Shown here: positions 27,264 to 37,625 of the stretch, piece by piece | How the letters are laid out: each line of letters opens with the position of its first letter | Position numbering within the stretch: position 1 is the first letter of the stretch | Assembly: GCA_028822155.1 (NCBI GenBank) | Contig: JAPKEJ010000008.1 | Span: 432 to 64,431 of the forward strand | Direction: 5' to 3' | Source: Porticoccaceae bacterium | GTDB lineage: Bacteria > Pseudomonadota > Gammaproteobacteria > Pseudomonadales > Porticoccaceae | DNA: 64,000 bases | The notes under the pieces: generated by a model | What the model saw: the letters and a program-made list of their open reading frames with translations, nothing else | What the model was told of the DNA's origin: nothing | Database searches by the model: none | Translations under genes and position numbers: made by a program

Positions 27264-28456
27264 TGCAATCAGTACAAGAGGCCATTGCTAATCTCATCGA
27301 GTGTGCATCTGTACTGCCGATGGTTGATTCAATCAAGGTCACCCATAGTTTGGGCCGAATATTAGCTGAGGATGTGGTTGCTTGCGTTGATGTGCCTCCG
27401 GCAGATAATAGTGCAATGGATGGTTATGCCTTTTGCTACGACGATGCTATTAACCTGAGCTACAACTTGCCGATCAGCCAGCGCATTCCGGCAGGAACTC
27501 CGTCACGGCCCTTGCAGACCAATACTGCCGCTCGTATCTTTACTGGCGGCGAGATTCCGGTAGGTGCTGACACCGTAGCCATGCAAGAAAGTTGCACTGA
27601 ACAAGGCAATACAGTGAAGTTAAGCTCTAGCATTGTCGCTAAATCAAATATCCGGCCTCGAGGGCAAGACATTACTGCCAAATCAACTATATTGGCTGCC
27701 GGCGCCCATCTAGGTCCCGCTCAGATGGGCTTGCTCTCATCACAAGGATTTAACCAGGTTAAGGTCTATGCCCCGCTCAAAGTGGCTATTTTTTCAACAG
27801 GAGATGAGCTTGTAGAGCCTGGTTTTGAATTAAAACCAGGCCAAATTTACAACTCAAACCACGCTACCCTGATTGGGCTTATTCAGTCGTTGGATATGGA
27901 GTGCATTGATCTGGGTACCGTGGCAGATGACCTAGAAGCGACTAAGGCTATTTTGCAGAGTGCTGCTGTTAAGTCGGACATAGTGATTAGTGCAGGTGGT
28001 GTTTCAGTTGGCGAAGAGGATCATGTTAAAGCTGCTGTGGCTGACCTTGGTTCAATTGAATTTTGGCGTGTCGCTATTAAACCAGGTAAGCCATTAGCAT
28101 TTGGCTCGGTGGATAACACACCGTTTATCGGTTTGCCAGGCAACCCGGCTTCTGTATTTGTAACATTTACTGTTCTTGCCCGACCTTTTTTGTTGGCTAG
28201 CCAAGGCCTGCGCGCTCAGCAAAAGCCTATGTTAAAGGCTACGGCGCTATTCAATCGCCCCGCTGAGTCTCGTGAGGTTTATCTTCGCGGGCGACTAATT
28301 TGCAGTGAAAAGGGCGACGGAGTTGAAATCTATCCTAATCAAAGTAGTGGGGTGCTCTCGTCAGTGAGTTGGGGCGATGTCTTGGTTAGACAAAATAGTG
28401 GCGAGAATATCCAATTTAATGACCTTGTTGATGTGTTAGTCTATTCATCATATTAA
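27263..28456 (+). CDS. moeA: Molybdopterin molybdotransferase MoeA
   Basis: NSAMDGYA, RIFTG, STGDEL, GGVSVG, KPGKP, LPGNP. Confidence 0.95.
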   Translation: MQSVQEAIANLIECASVLPMVDSIKVTHSLGRILAEDVVACVDVPPADNSAMDGYAFCYDDAINLSYNLPISQRIPAGTPSRPLQTNTAARIFTGGEIPVGADTVAMQESCTEQGNTVKLSSSIVAKSNIRPRGQDITAKSTILAAGAHLGPAQMGLLSSQGFNQVKVYAPLKVAIFSTGDELVEPGFELKPGQIYNSNHATLIGLIQSLDMECIDLGTVADDLEATKAILQSAAVKSDIVISAGGVSVGEEDHVKAAVADLGSIEFWRVAIKPGKPLAFGSVDNTPFIGLPGNPASVFVTFTVLARPFLLASQGLRAQQKPMLKATALFNRPAESREVYLRGRLICSEKGDGVEIYPNQSSGVLSSVSWGDVLVRQNSGENIQFNDLVDVLVYSSY

Positions 28457-28478
28457 AATCTAGTAAGAAGAGAGAAAA

Positions 28479-29495
28479 GTGACTAACCCAGATGAACTAT
28501 CTTCGATGAGCAACTCTCTAATTGACCCCTTTGGCCGAAAAGTTGATTATTTAAGGCTCTCGGTAACCGATCGTTGTAATCTGCGCTGCACCTACTGTAT
28601 GGCGGAAGATATGACATTCCTGCCCCGACAGCAGATCTTATCCTTAGAAGAGCTTCGTGATGTCGCCTCGGCTTTTGTTGAGCTGGGCGTGCGTAAAATT
28701 CGTCTAACGGGTGGTGAGCCGCTTATTCGTAGGGATATTATTAAGTTAGTGAGTGCTGTATCAGTTCTTCCCGGTTTAGATGAAGTAACGATGACCACTA
28801 ATGGCATGTTACTTCCCAAGATGGCACAGCCTCTCAAAGATGCCGGTATGAACCGTCTCAATATTAGTATTGACAGCCTTCAGCCGGACCGTTTTAAGAC
28901 GCTAACTCGATTAGGTGACCTAGGCGTATGGCATAAGGGTATTCAGGCGGCTAAAAAAGCTAATTTTGCAAAGCTTAAGCTGAATGCAGTTATCCTCGCT
29001 GGCTTTAATGATGACGAGGTGATTGATTTGGCTCGTTATGCGGTAGATAACGAGATGGATATTTCGTTTATTGAGGAAATGCCTCTCGGTGATATATCTT
29101 CTCATGATCGTGCCGATACCCAGATTACTAGCCAGTCCATCCGCCACCAGTTAGACCGTGAGTTTGATTTGACTGATAGTGTGGAAACCACCGGTGGACC
29201 ATCGCGATATGTCCGGATAGCAGGTAGTGATAGTAAAATTGGTTTTATTTCACCTATGACTAACAATTTTTGCGAGTCTTGTAATCGTGTCCGAATGACC
29301 GCTGAAGGACGCTTATTACTATGCTTAGGTAACGAAAACAGTATGGATTTGCGTGAGGTGATTCGCTCTCACCCTGGTGACTCGGCACTATTACGAGCCA
29401 AAATAGTTGAGGCTCTGAAAAATAAGCCAGAACGTCACGAGTTTGATCTCAATCGTACTGATATTGTCCGTTTTATGAATATGACCGGTGGTTAG
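28479..29495 (+). CDS. moaA: GTP 3',8-cyclase MoaA (radical SAM)
   Basis: CNLRCTYC, LTGGEP, FCESCNRVR, C-terminal MNMTGG. Alternative ATG start at 28506. Confidence 0.97.
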   Translation: MTNPDELSSMSNSLIDPFGRKVDYLRLSVTDRCNLRCTYCMAEDMTFLPRQQILSLEELRDVASAFVELGVRKIRLTGGEPLIRRDIIKLVSAVSVLPGLDEVTMTTNGMLLPKMAQPLKDAGMNRLNISIDSLQPDRFKTLTRLGDLGVWHKGIQAAKKANFAKLKLNAVILAGFNDDEVIDLARYAVDNEMDISFIEEMPLGDISSHDRADTQITSQSIRHQLDREFDLTDSVETTGGPSRYVRIAGSDSKIGFISPMTNNFCESCNRVRMTAEGRLLLCLGNENSMDLREVIRSHPGDSALLRAKIVEALKNKPERHEFDLNRTDIVRFMNMTGG

Positions 29496-29664
29496 TGCTT
29501 GGCCTCACTTGGTTAGGTATTTATTAGCTCGGTCTTATTGATAAGTAACGCGTTTATACTACGAAATTCACATTCCAGTATGTTATTGTTCCCTTAAGTA
29601 TAAATACTGAACATAGCCATAGCGCTGGTCGTTATTGTCGAGCTAGGTTCGCACAGGGCTAAGG

Positions 29665-30942
29665 ATGAATTCACTTAATCAGCATACGGTTACCTCACCA
29701 TTCGTTAAGGGCCGACAGCATCAGTTGAAGTTTCAGCTGATTTTGTCTGAGGCCTCACAGCTCTTTAATTGGCAGGGTTCACGTGCCACGACATTGGCGG
29801 ATATCGCCGGCACCATGAATTTAACTAAAACCTGTCTTTATTACTACGTTAGAAACAAAGAAGATCTTGTCCACAAGTGCTATGTGGCGACCTGCGATAT
29901 GTGGTTGCAGCGGGCAATTGAGGCGAATGAGCTGTCCGGCTCTGGCCTAGATAAAATCATCTCGATGATTGGCGGACATTTGCAGCAATATGCATCGACA
30001 TTACAGGATGAATCTCCTCATTTTGCCATGTTGAGCGAGGTTACCTCGCTGAATGATGAATGCCGTGAGGATATCCTTAAGCGCTGGTCTGAGGTGTTTG
30101 TACTTTGCCGCTCAATGGTAGAGAGCGGAGTCAAAGAGGGCGTGATTGCTGATTTAGACCCTTCTGTGGCGACATTGGCCATATTTTCTATTATCCAATG
30201 GTTCCCAGTATGGATGAATCGGAAACACGCCGCTAATGCCAGTTCGGTCATGGCGAGCGTGTTGAGCCTGGTGACTGATGGCTTGGCCAGCGAGCACCAT
30301 GTGTTTGAAGAGGTTGATTTTCCTGTCTTAAGTGAGATTAATGAGGATAGCTTCAACCGTAACATTCAAAACCATAATAAACGCGAGGCTTTTTATCGGG
30401 TGGGTTCCACTCACTTTAATCAGAAAGGCTACAAAGGTACGTCGCTTGATGAAATAGCGAATTCTCTGGATGTGACTAAGGGCGCGTTTTATTACCATAT
30501 AAAAAATAAAGAGACGCTTCTTTACCAATGCTTCCAACGTACATTGCAGCTGGAAAGTAATCTGCTAAATAAAGCTAGAGAGGCTGGTAAGGTGGGGCTG
30601 AAACAAATTGAGCTGTCGCTACGCTATTTGTTTCACATTCAATTTAGCGATCAGGGCCCATTGATTCGTTACCGATCACTCCCGTCATTAGACCAAGATC
30701 ATCGGAAAAGGGTGTTAAAAGCGACCAAAGAGAACAGCGAGAAACTGGGTGCCTATATTCGCCAGGGACTGATTGATGGGACGGTGCGTAACATCGATTC
30801 TGAGATAACCCAGAATATTTTATCTGGTGCTATTGAGGCGAGTCCTGATCTAACCGATTGGCTTCCGGACATGGATGGAAAAGAGTTATCTTCAGAATAT
30901 TTTTATTTATTTATCAATGGATTATCGGCTAAACCTCGATAA
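29665..30942 (+). CDS. Tandem (double) TetR/AcrR family transcriptional regulator
   Basis: Two HTH modules: TTLADIA..LTKTCLYYYVRNKE and TSLDEIA..VTKGAFYYHIKNKE. Confidence 0.88.
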   Translation: MNSLNQHTVTSPFVKGRQHQLKFQLILSEASQLFNWQGSRATTLADIAGTMNLTKTCLYYYVRNKEDLVHKCYVATCDMWLQRAIEANELSGSGLDKIISMIGGHLQQYASTLQDESPHFAMLSEVTSLNDECREDILKRWSEVFVLCRSMVESGVKEGVIADLDPSVATLAIFSIIQWFPVWMNRKHAANASSVMASVLSLVTDGLASEHHVFEEVDFPVLSEINEDSFNRNIQNHNKREAFYRVGSTHFNQKGYKGTSLDEIANSLDVTKGAFYYHIKNKETLLYQCFQRTLQLESNLLNKAREAGKVGLKQIELSLRYLFHIQFSDQGPLIRYRSLPSLDQDHRKRVLKATKENSEKLGAYIRQGLIDGTVRNIDSEITQNILSGAIEASPDLTDWLPDMDGKELSSEYFYLFINGLSAKPR

Positions 30943-30977
30943 TTATATAAGTTTGTAGCTTTATAGAGTTATAGTTT

Positions 30978-32135
30978 ATGAATAATTTTATTTTTAGTAC
31001 GGTGTCTGATGTTGTCGTTGGTCCGGGTGCCTCTGAGCAGCTTGGAGAAATGGCCGTGGGTTTGGGTATTAAGCGCGCCTTAATAGTGACTGATCCAGGT
31101 ATTATTCAGTTTGATCTCTTAAATTCAGCGACTATCAGTCTCGATACGCATAATATCGAATACAGCATTTATTCCGATGTAGTGGCTGATCCGCCGGAGC
31201 ATGTAGTTATCGACGCAGTCATAACCGCACAAGCTTTTGGCTGTGATGGGGTGATCGGTTTTGGTGGTGGTAGCTCTATGGATGTAGCCAAGCTGCTAGC
31301 TGTTCTTGTCACTGGAGACCAGGCTTTGTCTGAAATTTACGGTGTTGATCAAATTAGGGGCAAGCGATTACCTCTAATTCAGGTGCCCACTACAGCTGGA
31401 ACAGGCTCGGAAGCGACGATGGTATCCATTATCACGACGGGCGAGACTACAAAGGCGGGCGTAGTTAGCCGAACTCTGCTAGCCGATAAGATCATTCTTG
31501 ATGCCACCTTGACCACTGGATTGCCGGCTCATGTTACAGCTGCAACGGGCATTGACGCAATGGTTCACGCGATCGAGGCCTACACCTCAAAGCGTCTTAA
31601 GAACCCATTGTCTGACATGCTTGCCTGTGAGGCTTTGCGGTTACTTTCCGGTAGTATCGTTACTGCGGTTAAGCAGGGAGGGGATGTTGCCGCCAGAGGC
31701 GATATGCTCCTAGGGGCGATGCTAGCGGGGCAGGCTTTTGCCAATTCGCCTGTGGCAGCGGTTCACGCATTAGCCTACCCGTTGGGTGGTAATTATCATA
31801 TCCCTCACGGCCTATCCAACTCATTGGTACTTCCGCATGTGCTTCGCTTCAATGCGCCAGTAGCGGCGGATCTCTATGCCGAGATTGCGCCTTTAATTAT
31901 GCCTAATCAGATTTTACCGGAGGATGCTATTGCTAGGACCGAAATGCTGGCTGATCACTTTTTGGCTCTAGCTAGTGAACTGGGGTTACAAACGACCTTG
32001 AGAGAGATGAATATTCCGGAAGATGATTTGCAAAAACTAGCCGAGGATTCGATGCTTCAGCAGCGGTTACTCGTTAATAACCCACGAGAGGTTAGCCTCG
32101 AAGATGCCTTAGGCATCTATCAGCAAGCCTACTAA
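30978..32135 (+). CDS. Iron-containing alcohol dehydrogenase
   Basis: GGGSSMD, PTTAGTGSE, DAMVHAIE, HALAY, PHG. Confidence 0.92.
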   Translation: MNNFIFSTVSDVVVGPGASEQLGEMAVGLGIKRALIVTDPGIIQFDLLNSATISLDTHNIEYSIYSDVVADPPEHVVIDAVITAQAFGCDGVIGFGGGSSMDVAKLLAVLVTGDQALSEIYGVDQIRGKRLPLIQVPTTAGTGSEATMVSIITTGETTKAGVVSRTLLADKIILDATLTTGLPAHVTAATGIDAMVHAIEAYTSKRLKNPLSDMLACEALRLLSGSIVTAVKQGGDVAARGDMLLGAMLAGQAFANSPVAAVHALAYPLGGNYHIPHGLSNSLVLPHVLRFNAPVAADLYAEIAPLIMPNQILPEDAIARTEMLADHFLALASELGLQTTLREMNIPEDDLQKLAEDSMLQQRLLVNNPREVSLEDALGIYQQAY

Positions 32136-32154
32136 GGCGAATGGAGAGCAAAGC

Positions 32155-32586
32155 ATGAGTGATGACCAACGATCGGATTATAAGTACTTTTCGAGCATTA
32201 CTACCCGCTGGATGGATAACGATATCTACGGGCATGTGAATAACGCGGTTTATTACAGCTATTTTGATTCAGTGGCCAACCAATATCTCATCGAGAAGGG
32301 CGGTTTAGATGTTCACACTTCCGATGTTATTGGTTTTGTAGTTGCCTCTGATTGTCAATACAAGTCCCCCGTGGCTTATCCAGAGCTACTTGATGCCGGT
32401 TTGCGGGTGAACAAGCTAGGTAATAGCTCGGTAGAGTATGGCATAGCCATTTTTAAAGAAGGCGCTCATCTGGCGTCTGCAACGGGTACTTTTACCCATG
32501 TTTTCGTTAATCGTTCCACCGACAAATCAGTGCGTATACCCACAGGCCTCAGAGTTGCGCTAGATGCACTTTTGGTAAAGGAATAG
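32155..32586 (+). CDS. Acyl-CoA thioesterase (4HBT/YbgC hotdog family)
   Basis: RWMDNDIYGHVNNAVY, LGNSS. Confidence 0.9.
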   Translation: MSDDQRSDYKYFSSITTRWMDNDIYGHVNNAVYYSYFDSVANQYLIEKGGLDVHTSDVIGFVVASDCQYKSPVAYPELLDAGLRVNKLGNSSVEYGIAIFKEGAHLASATGTFTHVFVNRSTDKSVRIPTGLRVALDALLVKE

Positions 32587-32609
32587 TAGTCATTTAAAGG
32601 AGTAATCAG

Positions 32610-33410
32610 TTGGATCTTAAAAACAAGGTAGTGGTTGTGACCGGTGGAGGTAATGGCATAGGTAAAGCCTTATGCGAAAAATTTGCCTCATTAGGTGCAA
32701 AAGTGGCTGTTGTGGACCTTGAGGGTGACGCCGCGCAACAGGTGGCTGAGTCATGTAAAGGTCTAGGTTTAGCTGCTGATGTTGGCGTAGAGGCCGATAT
32801 TGAGTCAGTTGTGCGTGATACTGAGGCCCAACTAGGGCCAATCGACATATTTATCTCTAATGCCGGTGTTTCTTTTAGTGATGCGCCTGGGTGGATGGCA
32901 GCTTCGGCCTCTAATGAGGCCTGGCAAACCAGTTGGAATGTCAATGTAATGGCTCACGTATGGGCTGCTCGCGCCGTTATACCGGGAATGATAAAGAGAG
33001 GGGGCGGTTATCTTGTCAATGTCGCATCCGGAGCCTCTTTGCTCTGTCAGGTTGGCGACGCAGCTTACTCTACAACTAAAACTGCGGCGCTCGGCTTTGC
33101 AGAATCTCTTGCCATTACCCATGGCGATGACAATATCAAAGTATCAGTAGTGTGCCCGCTTTATGTAGCCACTCGTATGACAGAGGGCGGGCGAGGAGTT
33201 AGCGGCACTGACCAAGTAATGACAGCCGAAGATGCAGCCAAATCGGTCCTAGAGGGTATGACGGCAGGCACTTTTTTAATTATGCCTCACGATGATTTAG
33301 CTACTTATGCCCAACGTAAGAGCGTTGATTATGATCGCTGGATAATGGGCATGCGCAGAATGCGTAAAGGCCTTGTTGAGCAGCACCCTAATTACGACTA
33401 CCAGCGGTAA
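32610..33410 (+). CDS. Short-chain dehydrogenase/reductase
   Basis: TGGGNGIG, NAG, YSTTK. TTG start after RBS aaggag. Confidence 0.9.
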   Translation: MDLKNKVVVVTGGGNGIGKALCEKFASLGAKVAVVDLEGDAAQQVAESCKGLGLAADVGVEADIESVVRDTEAQLGPIDIFISNAGVSFSDAPGWMAASASNEAWQTSWNVNVMAHVWAARAVIPGMIKRGGGYLVNVASGASLLCQVGDAAYSTTKTAALGFAESLAITHGDDNIKVSVVCPLYVATRMTEGGRGVSGTDQVMTAEDAAKSVLEGMTAGTFLIMPHDDLATYAQRKSVDYDRWIMGMRRMRKGLVEQHPNYDYQR

Positions 33411-33416
33411 ATAGCA

Positions 33417-34472
33417 ATGCTAAATCAGAAAAATAGAGGCTCCTTGACAGTCTTGCTTGTTGCTGGATTGGCGCTAGTTGGCTGGTGCATCCCCGTTCTT
33501 GCAGTGAATTATGACGACTATGACGAGGATGTCGCTAAGTTACTGCAGGAATATCAAATTCTTCCTGATGATCAGGGATCCTACGCTCCTTCGGTTCTGA
33601 TGTTTAATGAAGGCAAAGATAGCAATACCTTGGTCGACTTTGAAACAGGGCTAATTATCCTCACAGCTACAACCGAAAAGGTATTAAAGCAGTCAATAAT
33701 TGACGTGTTGCTGACTCAGATCGATCCCTCCGTTATCGACGCAAAGACAGCTCAAGATTTCGGCCTAACTAATGATAAAACTAACCGTCCTTTTTTCTGG
33801 GAACAGGTGGTTGATCATACGGGCGAGGCAATAGGGTCTAAATGGAGAGCAGGTAAGTTTGCAGACTACCTACTGAAAAGAAAAACGCGACAAAATGGGC
33901 GCTTAAAGGTGTCTCTGTCAATGGTTGAGACCCACAAAGATATCGCCGGTGGCAAGTATATTAAGTTTGCTAAAGCGGCTAGTCGGCAACACAAGGTGCC
34001 AGTGTCTCTGGTTATGGCCATTATGGAGACCGAAAGCTCTTTTAACCCTTTGGCGCGTTCCAGATCCAATGCGCTAGGCTTAATGCAGATCAAAGCAGAG
34101 ACGGCGGGCCGAGACTACTTCTCCATTATTAAGGGTTATAAACATACGCCTACGTCATCCTTTTTGTATAGCCCCAAGAATAACATTGAGGTTGCTGCAG
34201 GGTATCTCAGTATATTGGAAAACCGTTATCTGGTGGGTATCAAAAATCCTAAAAAGCGCGAATACGCCATTATTTCTAGTTACAACGGCGGGGCCGGCAA
34301 TCTCTGGTTAAGCTTAGATAGAAAGGGAAACAAGACCAAGTCTCTAGCTCGAATCAATAAAATGTCAGTTGCTGAATTTTATTGGTTTTTAACCAATCGC
34401 CATATCCGCAAAGAAACGCGTAATTACGTTAAGAAGGTCAGCGGAAAGCAGAGTAAATACGTCAATTTGTGA
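33417..34472 (+). CDS. mltC: MltC-like lytic murein transglycosylase (N-terminal domain plus SLT domain)
   Basis: VDFETG, AIMETESSFNP, ALGLMQI, SYNGGAG, ETRNYV. Confidence 0.8.
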   Translation: MLNQKNRGSLTVLLVAGLALVGWCIPVLAVNYDDYDEDVAKLLQEYQILPDDQGSYAPSVLMFNEGKDSNTLVDFETGLIILTATTEKVLKQSIIDVLLTQIDPSVIDAKTAQDFGLTNDKTNRPFFWEQVVDHTGEAIGSKWRAGKFADYLLKRKTRQNGRLKVSLSMVETHKDIAGGKYIKFAKAASRQHKVPVSLVMAIMETESSFNPLARSRSNALGLMQIKAETAGRDYFSIIKGYKHTPTSSFLYSPKNNIEVAAGYLSILENRYLVGIKNPKKREYAIISSYNGGAGNLWLSLDRKGNKTKSLARINKMSVAEFYWFLTNRHIRKETRNYVKKVSGKQSKYVNL

Positions 34473-34532
34473 GCACAATTATCAGTTTAAGAGTTATCTA
34501 TAGGCATTACATGGCAATAAGAAGTTAATAAT

Positions 34533-35132
34533 ATGGCAAAACTAATTGCACAGGGCAATTTACCCCAGGGCCGACTTCAGCGCAAAGCCTCGGGGGGTGG
34601 TGTTTATATATCCAAATTCAGGCAAGTCTTTCTCCGCCACGGCCTAACCATGGGCCTAGTGGCAATGGTGTGTTTGTTTTTGCCGGCCTTAACCGAATCT
34701 ATCCGCTGGAGTACCGCTGCATTTTTAACTGATCATTTGCCTTATATTGCTGCCAGCGCTATTTTAGTTGTATTTTTTCTCGGGTTTCTGTGGTTCAGAG
34801 GTTATTCCACTAATGGGCGTGAGCTGACTTGGCTGGTGTATTTACTCTTTATTTCCATTGTTGAGGAGTTTTCTTTTCGATTGATGTTGCCGAGTTTTCT
34901 TCTGTTGACGTTGGGGGCTATCCCGGCGGCTGTTCTGAGTAATTTAGCGTTTGCCTGTATACACTTCTTTACTTTGCGATGGCGGCTAATGAACTGCATC
35001 GGTGTATTCTTGGGCGGCTTAGGCTTGAGTCGCCTGCTAGGCAATACTGAAGACATTATTTTAGTCATCGGCGTGCACTGGTTGGTGACATTTCTGAATA
35101 CCCCAACTGCACCGACAAAGCAATCAGCCTAG
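34533..35132 (+). CDS. CPBP (Abi/CAAX protease-like) intramembrane glutamic endopeptidase
   Basis: EEFSFR, FACIH and H...N motifs within TM helices. Confidence 0.8.
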   Translation: MAKLIAQGNLPQGRLQRKASGGGVYISKFRQVFLRHGLTMGLVAMVCLFLPALTESIRWSTAAFLTDHLPYIAASAILVVFFLGFLWFRGYSTNGRELTWLVYLLFISIVEEFSFRLMLPSFLLLTLGAIPAAVLSNLAFACIHFFTLRWRLMNCIGVFLGGLGLSRLLGNTEDIILVIGVHWLVTFLNTPTAPTKQSA

Positions 35133-35159
35133 CAACCCACTGAAGCTATCACTGTTAGG

Positions 35160-36053
35160 TTATTTAGCTTTTGAGCTGTCGCGCAGCCGCATCAAGCCTT
35201 CTTGGATAGTGCTAGCAACCAGGCGGCCATCTCGGCTGTAAAAAGTGCCACGGCTTAGCCCTCGGCCTCGGCTGGAACGTTGGCTATCCATATGGTACAA
35301 AAGCCATTCATCAACCCTAAAGCTATCGTGAAACCAAATCGCATGGTCTAAGGAGGCCGGTTGCAGTTTGGGGTCCATAATACTCACCTCATGAGGCATC
35401 AGTGCGGTGCTCATCAGGTTATAGTCAGAGGCATAGGCGAGGATCGCATTATGTAGGCTGGTGTCTTCCTCTTTCGGTAACTCTCCAGCTGTTTTGATCC
35501 ACACAAATTGCTCGGCTTTTCGAGCCACAGGGTTGAGGTAATTAATTGGGTCAACTGATCTCAGCTGAATCGGCAGCAGTCTAGGGCGGTACTTATTTGA
35601 GCTTGCCTTTGCCAAAGGGTCTAATTTCTTACGTATCTTATCCCAACGCTGGCTGTCGTCTGACAAATTTTCGGGGCCAGGACAGTCAGGCATTTCGCTC
35701 TGATGGTTTAGCCCAGGCTCTAAGATTTGAAAGCTTAAGGAGGTGTTGAAGATGGCTTTGCCGCGTTGCGATGCCACAACTCGGCGAGTGGTAAATGAAC
35801 CACCATCTCGAATATCGTCTACATCGTATAAAATCGGCACAGAGGGATCGCCTGGGCGCAAAAAATAGGCATGTTGGGAATGTACGATACGTTCGGAATC
35901 TACAGTGTCCTGCGCAGCGCGCATGGCCTGAGCAAACACTTGACCGCCAAAGACTCTTTTGCTGTTGGTTTTTGGCGTCACACCACGATAGAGGTTGGTG
36001 TCGATCTTTTCTAGGTTCAAAATATCAAGTAGCTGCTTTAGTTCTTCACTCAT
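35160..36053 (-). CDS. tesB: Acyl-CoA thioesterase II
   Basis: VFGGQV, RDGGSFTTRRV, AYASD, ASLDHAIWFH, QEGL. Confidence 0.93.
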   Translation of the reverse strand: MSEELKQLLDILNLEKIDTNLYRGVTPKTNSKRVFGGQVFAQAMRAAQDTVDSERIVHSQHAYFLRPGDPSVPILYDVDDIRDGGSFTTRRVVASQRGKAIFNTSLSFQILEPGLNHQSEMPDCPGPENLSDDSQRWDKIRKKLDPLAKASSNKYRPRLLPIQLRSVDPINYLNPVARKAEQFVWIKTAGELPKEEDTSLHNAILAYASDYNLMSTALMPHEVSIMDPKLQPASLDHAIWFHDSFRVDEWLLYHMDSQRSSRGRGLSRGTFYSRDGRLVASTIQEGLMRLRDSSKAK

Positions 36054-36425
36054 TCCATTTTTCCTTGGGCTTAGGGATTAATGCTTATTCGTCAGCTATT
36101 TTAACAACTAACTTACCAAAGTTCTTGCCGCTAAATAGCTAGCTGAAGTACTCAGGAGCGCGCTCGAGACTTACGACCACGTTACCGGCGTTTAACTATG
36201 TTAGTTGCGATGATTAAGGATACTCTGATAAGTCTAATAACAGCTGGGCTGGATGGCCAGCAATATTACGTTAGAGGGCTTGTGTTTGTGGGCGGTGAGT
36301 CACCAAAATGCTTGAAACTTTTCATAACATACTGTAAGTTCAATTTATCAAAAATACCTAGTCAAGCTGGCATAATCTTCCAGCGGCGAACATCTTTCGA
36401 TTATATAAACTAGCAGGAGCCTAAT

Positions 36426-37604
36426 GTGAGTGATATACAAGTTTTCAGGCAAGAAACCCGTGAATGGCTAGAAACAAACTGCCCCCAAAGCATGCGTTCA
36501 CCGGTAATAACTGGAGAAGGTGTCTGTTGGGGAGGCCGCAAATGGACATTTGAAAGTGAAGACCAGCAGCTTTGGATGGAGCGCATGGGTGCCAAAGGTT
36601 GGACTGCGCCTGATTGGCCCACTGAATATGGTGGCGGCGGATTAGACAAAGCAGAACGTAAGGTTTTAAAGGAAGAAATGGGTCGAATCCGAGCCCGATC
36701 ACCACTTGATAGCTTTGGTATCTGGATGATTGGTCCCGCACTATTAAAGTTTGGCTCAGAGGAGCTAAAGCAGCAGCATTTACCACCAATTATTCGTGGA
36801 GAGATCAGATGGTGCCAAGGCTATAGTGAGCCCAATGCAGGTTCTGACTTGGCCGGATTACAAAGCAAAGCGGTGGATATGGGTGACCATTTTATAGCCA
36901 ATGGGCAAAAGGTATGGACGTCCTATGGAGATAAGGCTGATTGGATGTTCTGCTTGTTGCGCACGGATCCAGAAGCCAAGAAACAAATGGGTATTAGTTT
37001 GATGTTGTTCGACATGGAAACACCTGGAGTAACACCTAAGCCGATCAAACTCATATCGGGCAGTTCGCCTTTCTGTGAGACCTTTCTGGATGATGTCCGT
37101 GTGGAGAGAGACCAAGTGGTGGGCGAAGTCAATCAGGGTTGGACGATAGCAAAATACCTCCTCACGCATGAGCGTGAAATGATTGGTGGCATGGGTCTTA
37201 CTGGTGCTGGTTCCAAAACGCTGGGCATGATTGCTGCGGAAACTATAGGTACAACTGATGGTCGTTTGAATGATCTTTTTATGCGTACTGATGTCGCCAA
37301 ATGGGAAATTGATGCGGCGGCATTTGCGTTTACCGTCGAGCGTGTGACAGATCAAGCTAAAGCTGGTCAAGGCGTTGGCGCCACCTCTGCGATGCTCAAA
37401 TATTATGGTACCGAGCTCAATAAGCGTCGTTTCGAGACACTGTTGAAAATTGGTGGCAGCGATGATCTCGTTTGGGAAGGTGAGGTTTCCAATAATGGTT
37501 GGACAGCGCGTACATTGTTGCGGACTAAGGGCAATTCAATTGAAGGTGGAACGTCAGAAGTGCAACTGAACATTATTGCTAAAAACATTCTTGGCTTGGG
37601 TTAA
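36426..37604 (+). CDS. Acyl-CoA dehydrogenase (PimC/FadE26-like subunit)
   Basis: WCQGYSEPNAGSDLA, NGQKVWTS, SIEGGTSEVQ. Confidence 0.9.
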   Translation: MSDIQVFRQETREWLETNCPQSMRSPVITGEGVCWGGRKWTFESEDQQLWMERMGAKGWTAPDWPTEYGGGGLDKAERKVLKEEMGRIRARSPLDSFGIWMIGPALLKFGSEELKQQHLPPIIRGEIRWCQGYSEPNAGSDLAGLQSKAVDMGDHFIANGQKVWTSYGDKADWMFCLLRTDPEAKKQMGISLMLFDMETPGVTPKPIKLISGSSPFCETFLDDVRVERDQVVGEVNQGWTIAKYLLTHEREMIGGMGLTGAGSKTLGMIAAETIGTTDGRLNDLFMRTDVAKWEIDAAAFAFTVERVTDQAKAGQGVGATSAMLKYYGTELNKRRFETLLKIGGSDDLVWEGEVSNNGWTARTLLRTKGNSIEGGTSEVQLNIIAKNILGLG

Positions 37605-37625
37605 CAGACTTTAAGGGTATTTAAC

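Noticed and set aside
36198-36413. 71-aa ORF in the tesB/ACAD intergenic region
   Set aside because: No RBS or recognisable motif, and it spans a divergent promoter region.
36858-37370. 170-aa antisense ORF, and similar shadow ORFs such as 48800-49309, 19991-20455 and 2489-2836
   Set aside because: They lie opposite well-supported genes, have no recognisable motifs, and arise from codon bias or repeats.
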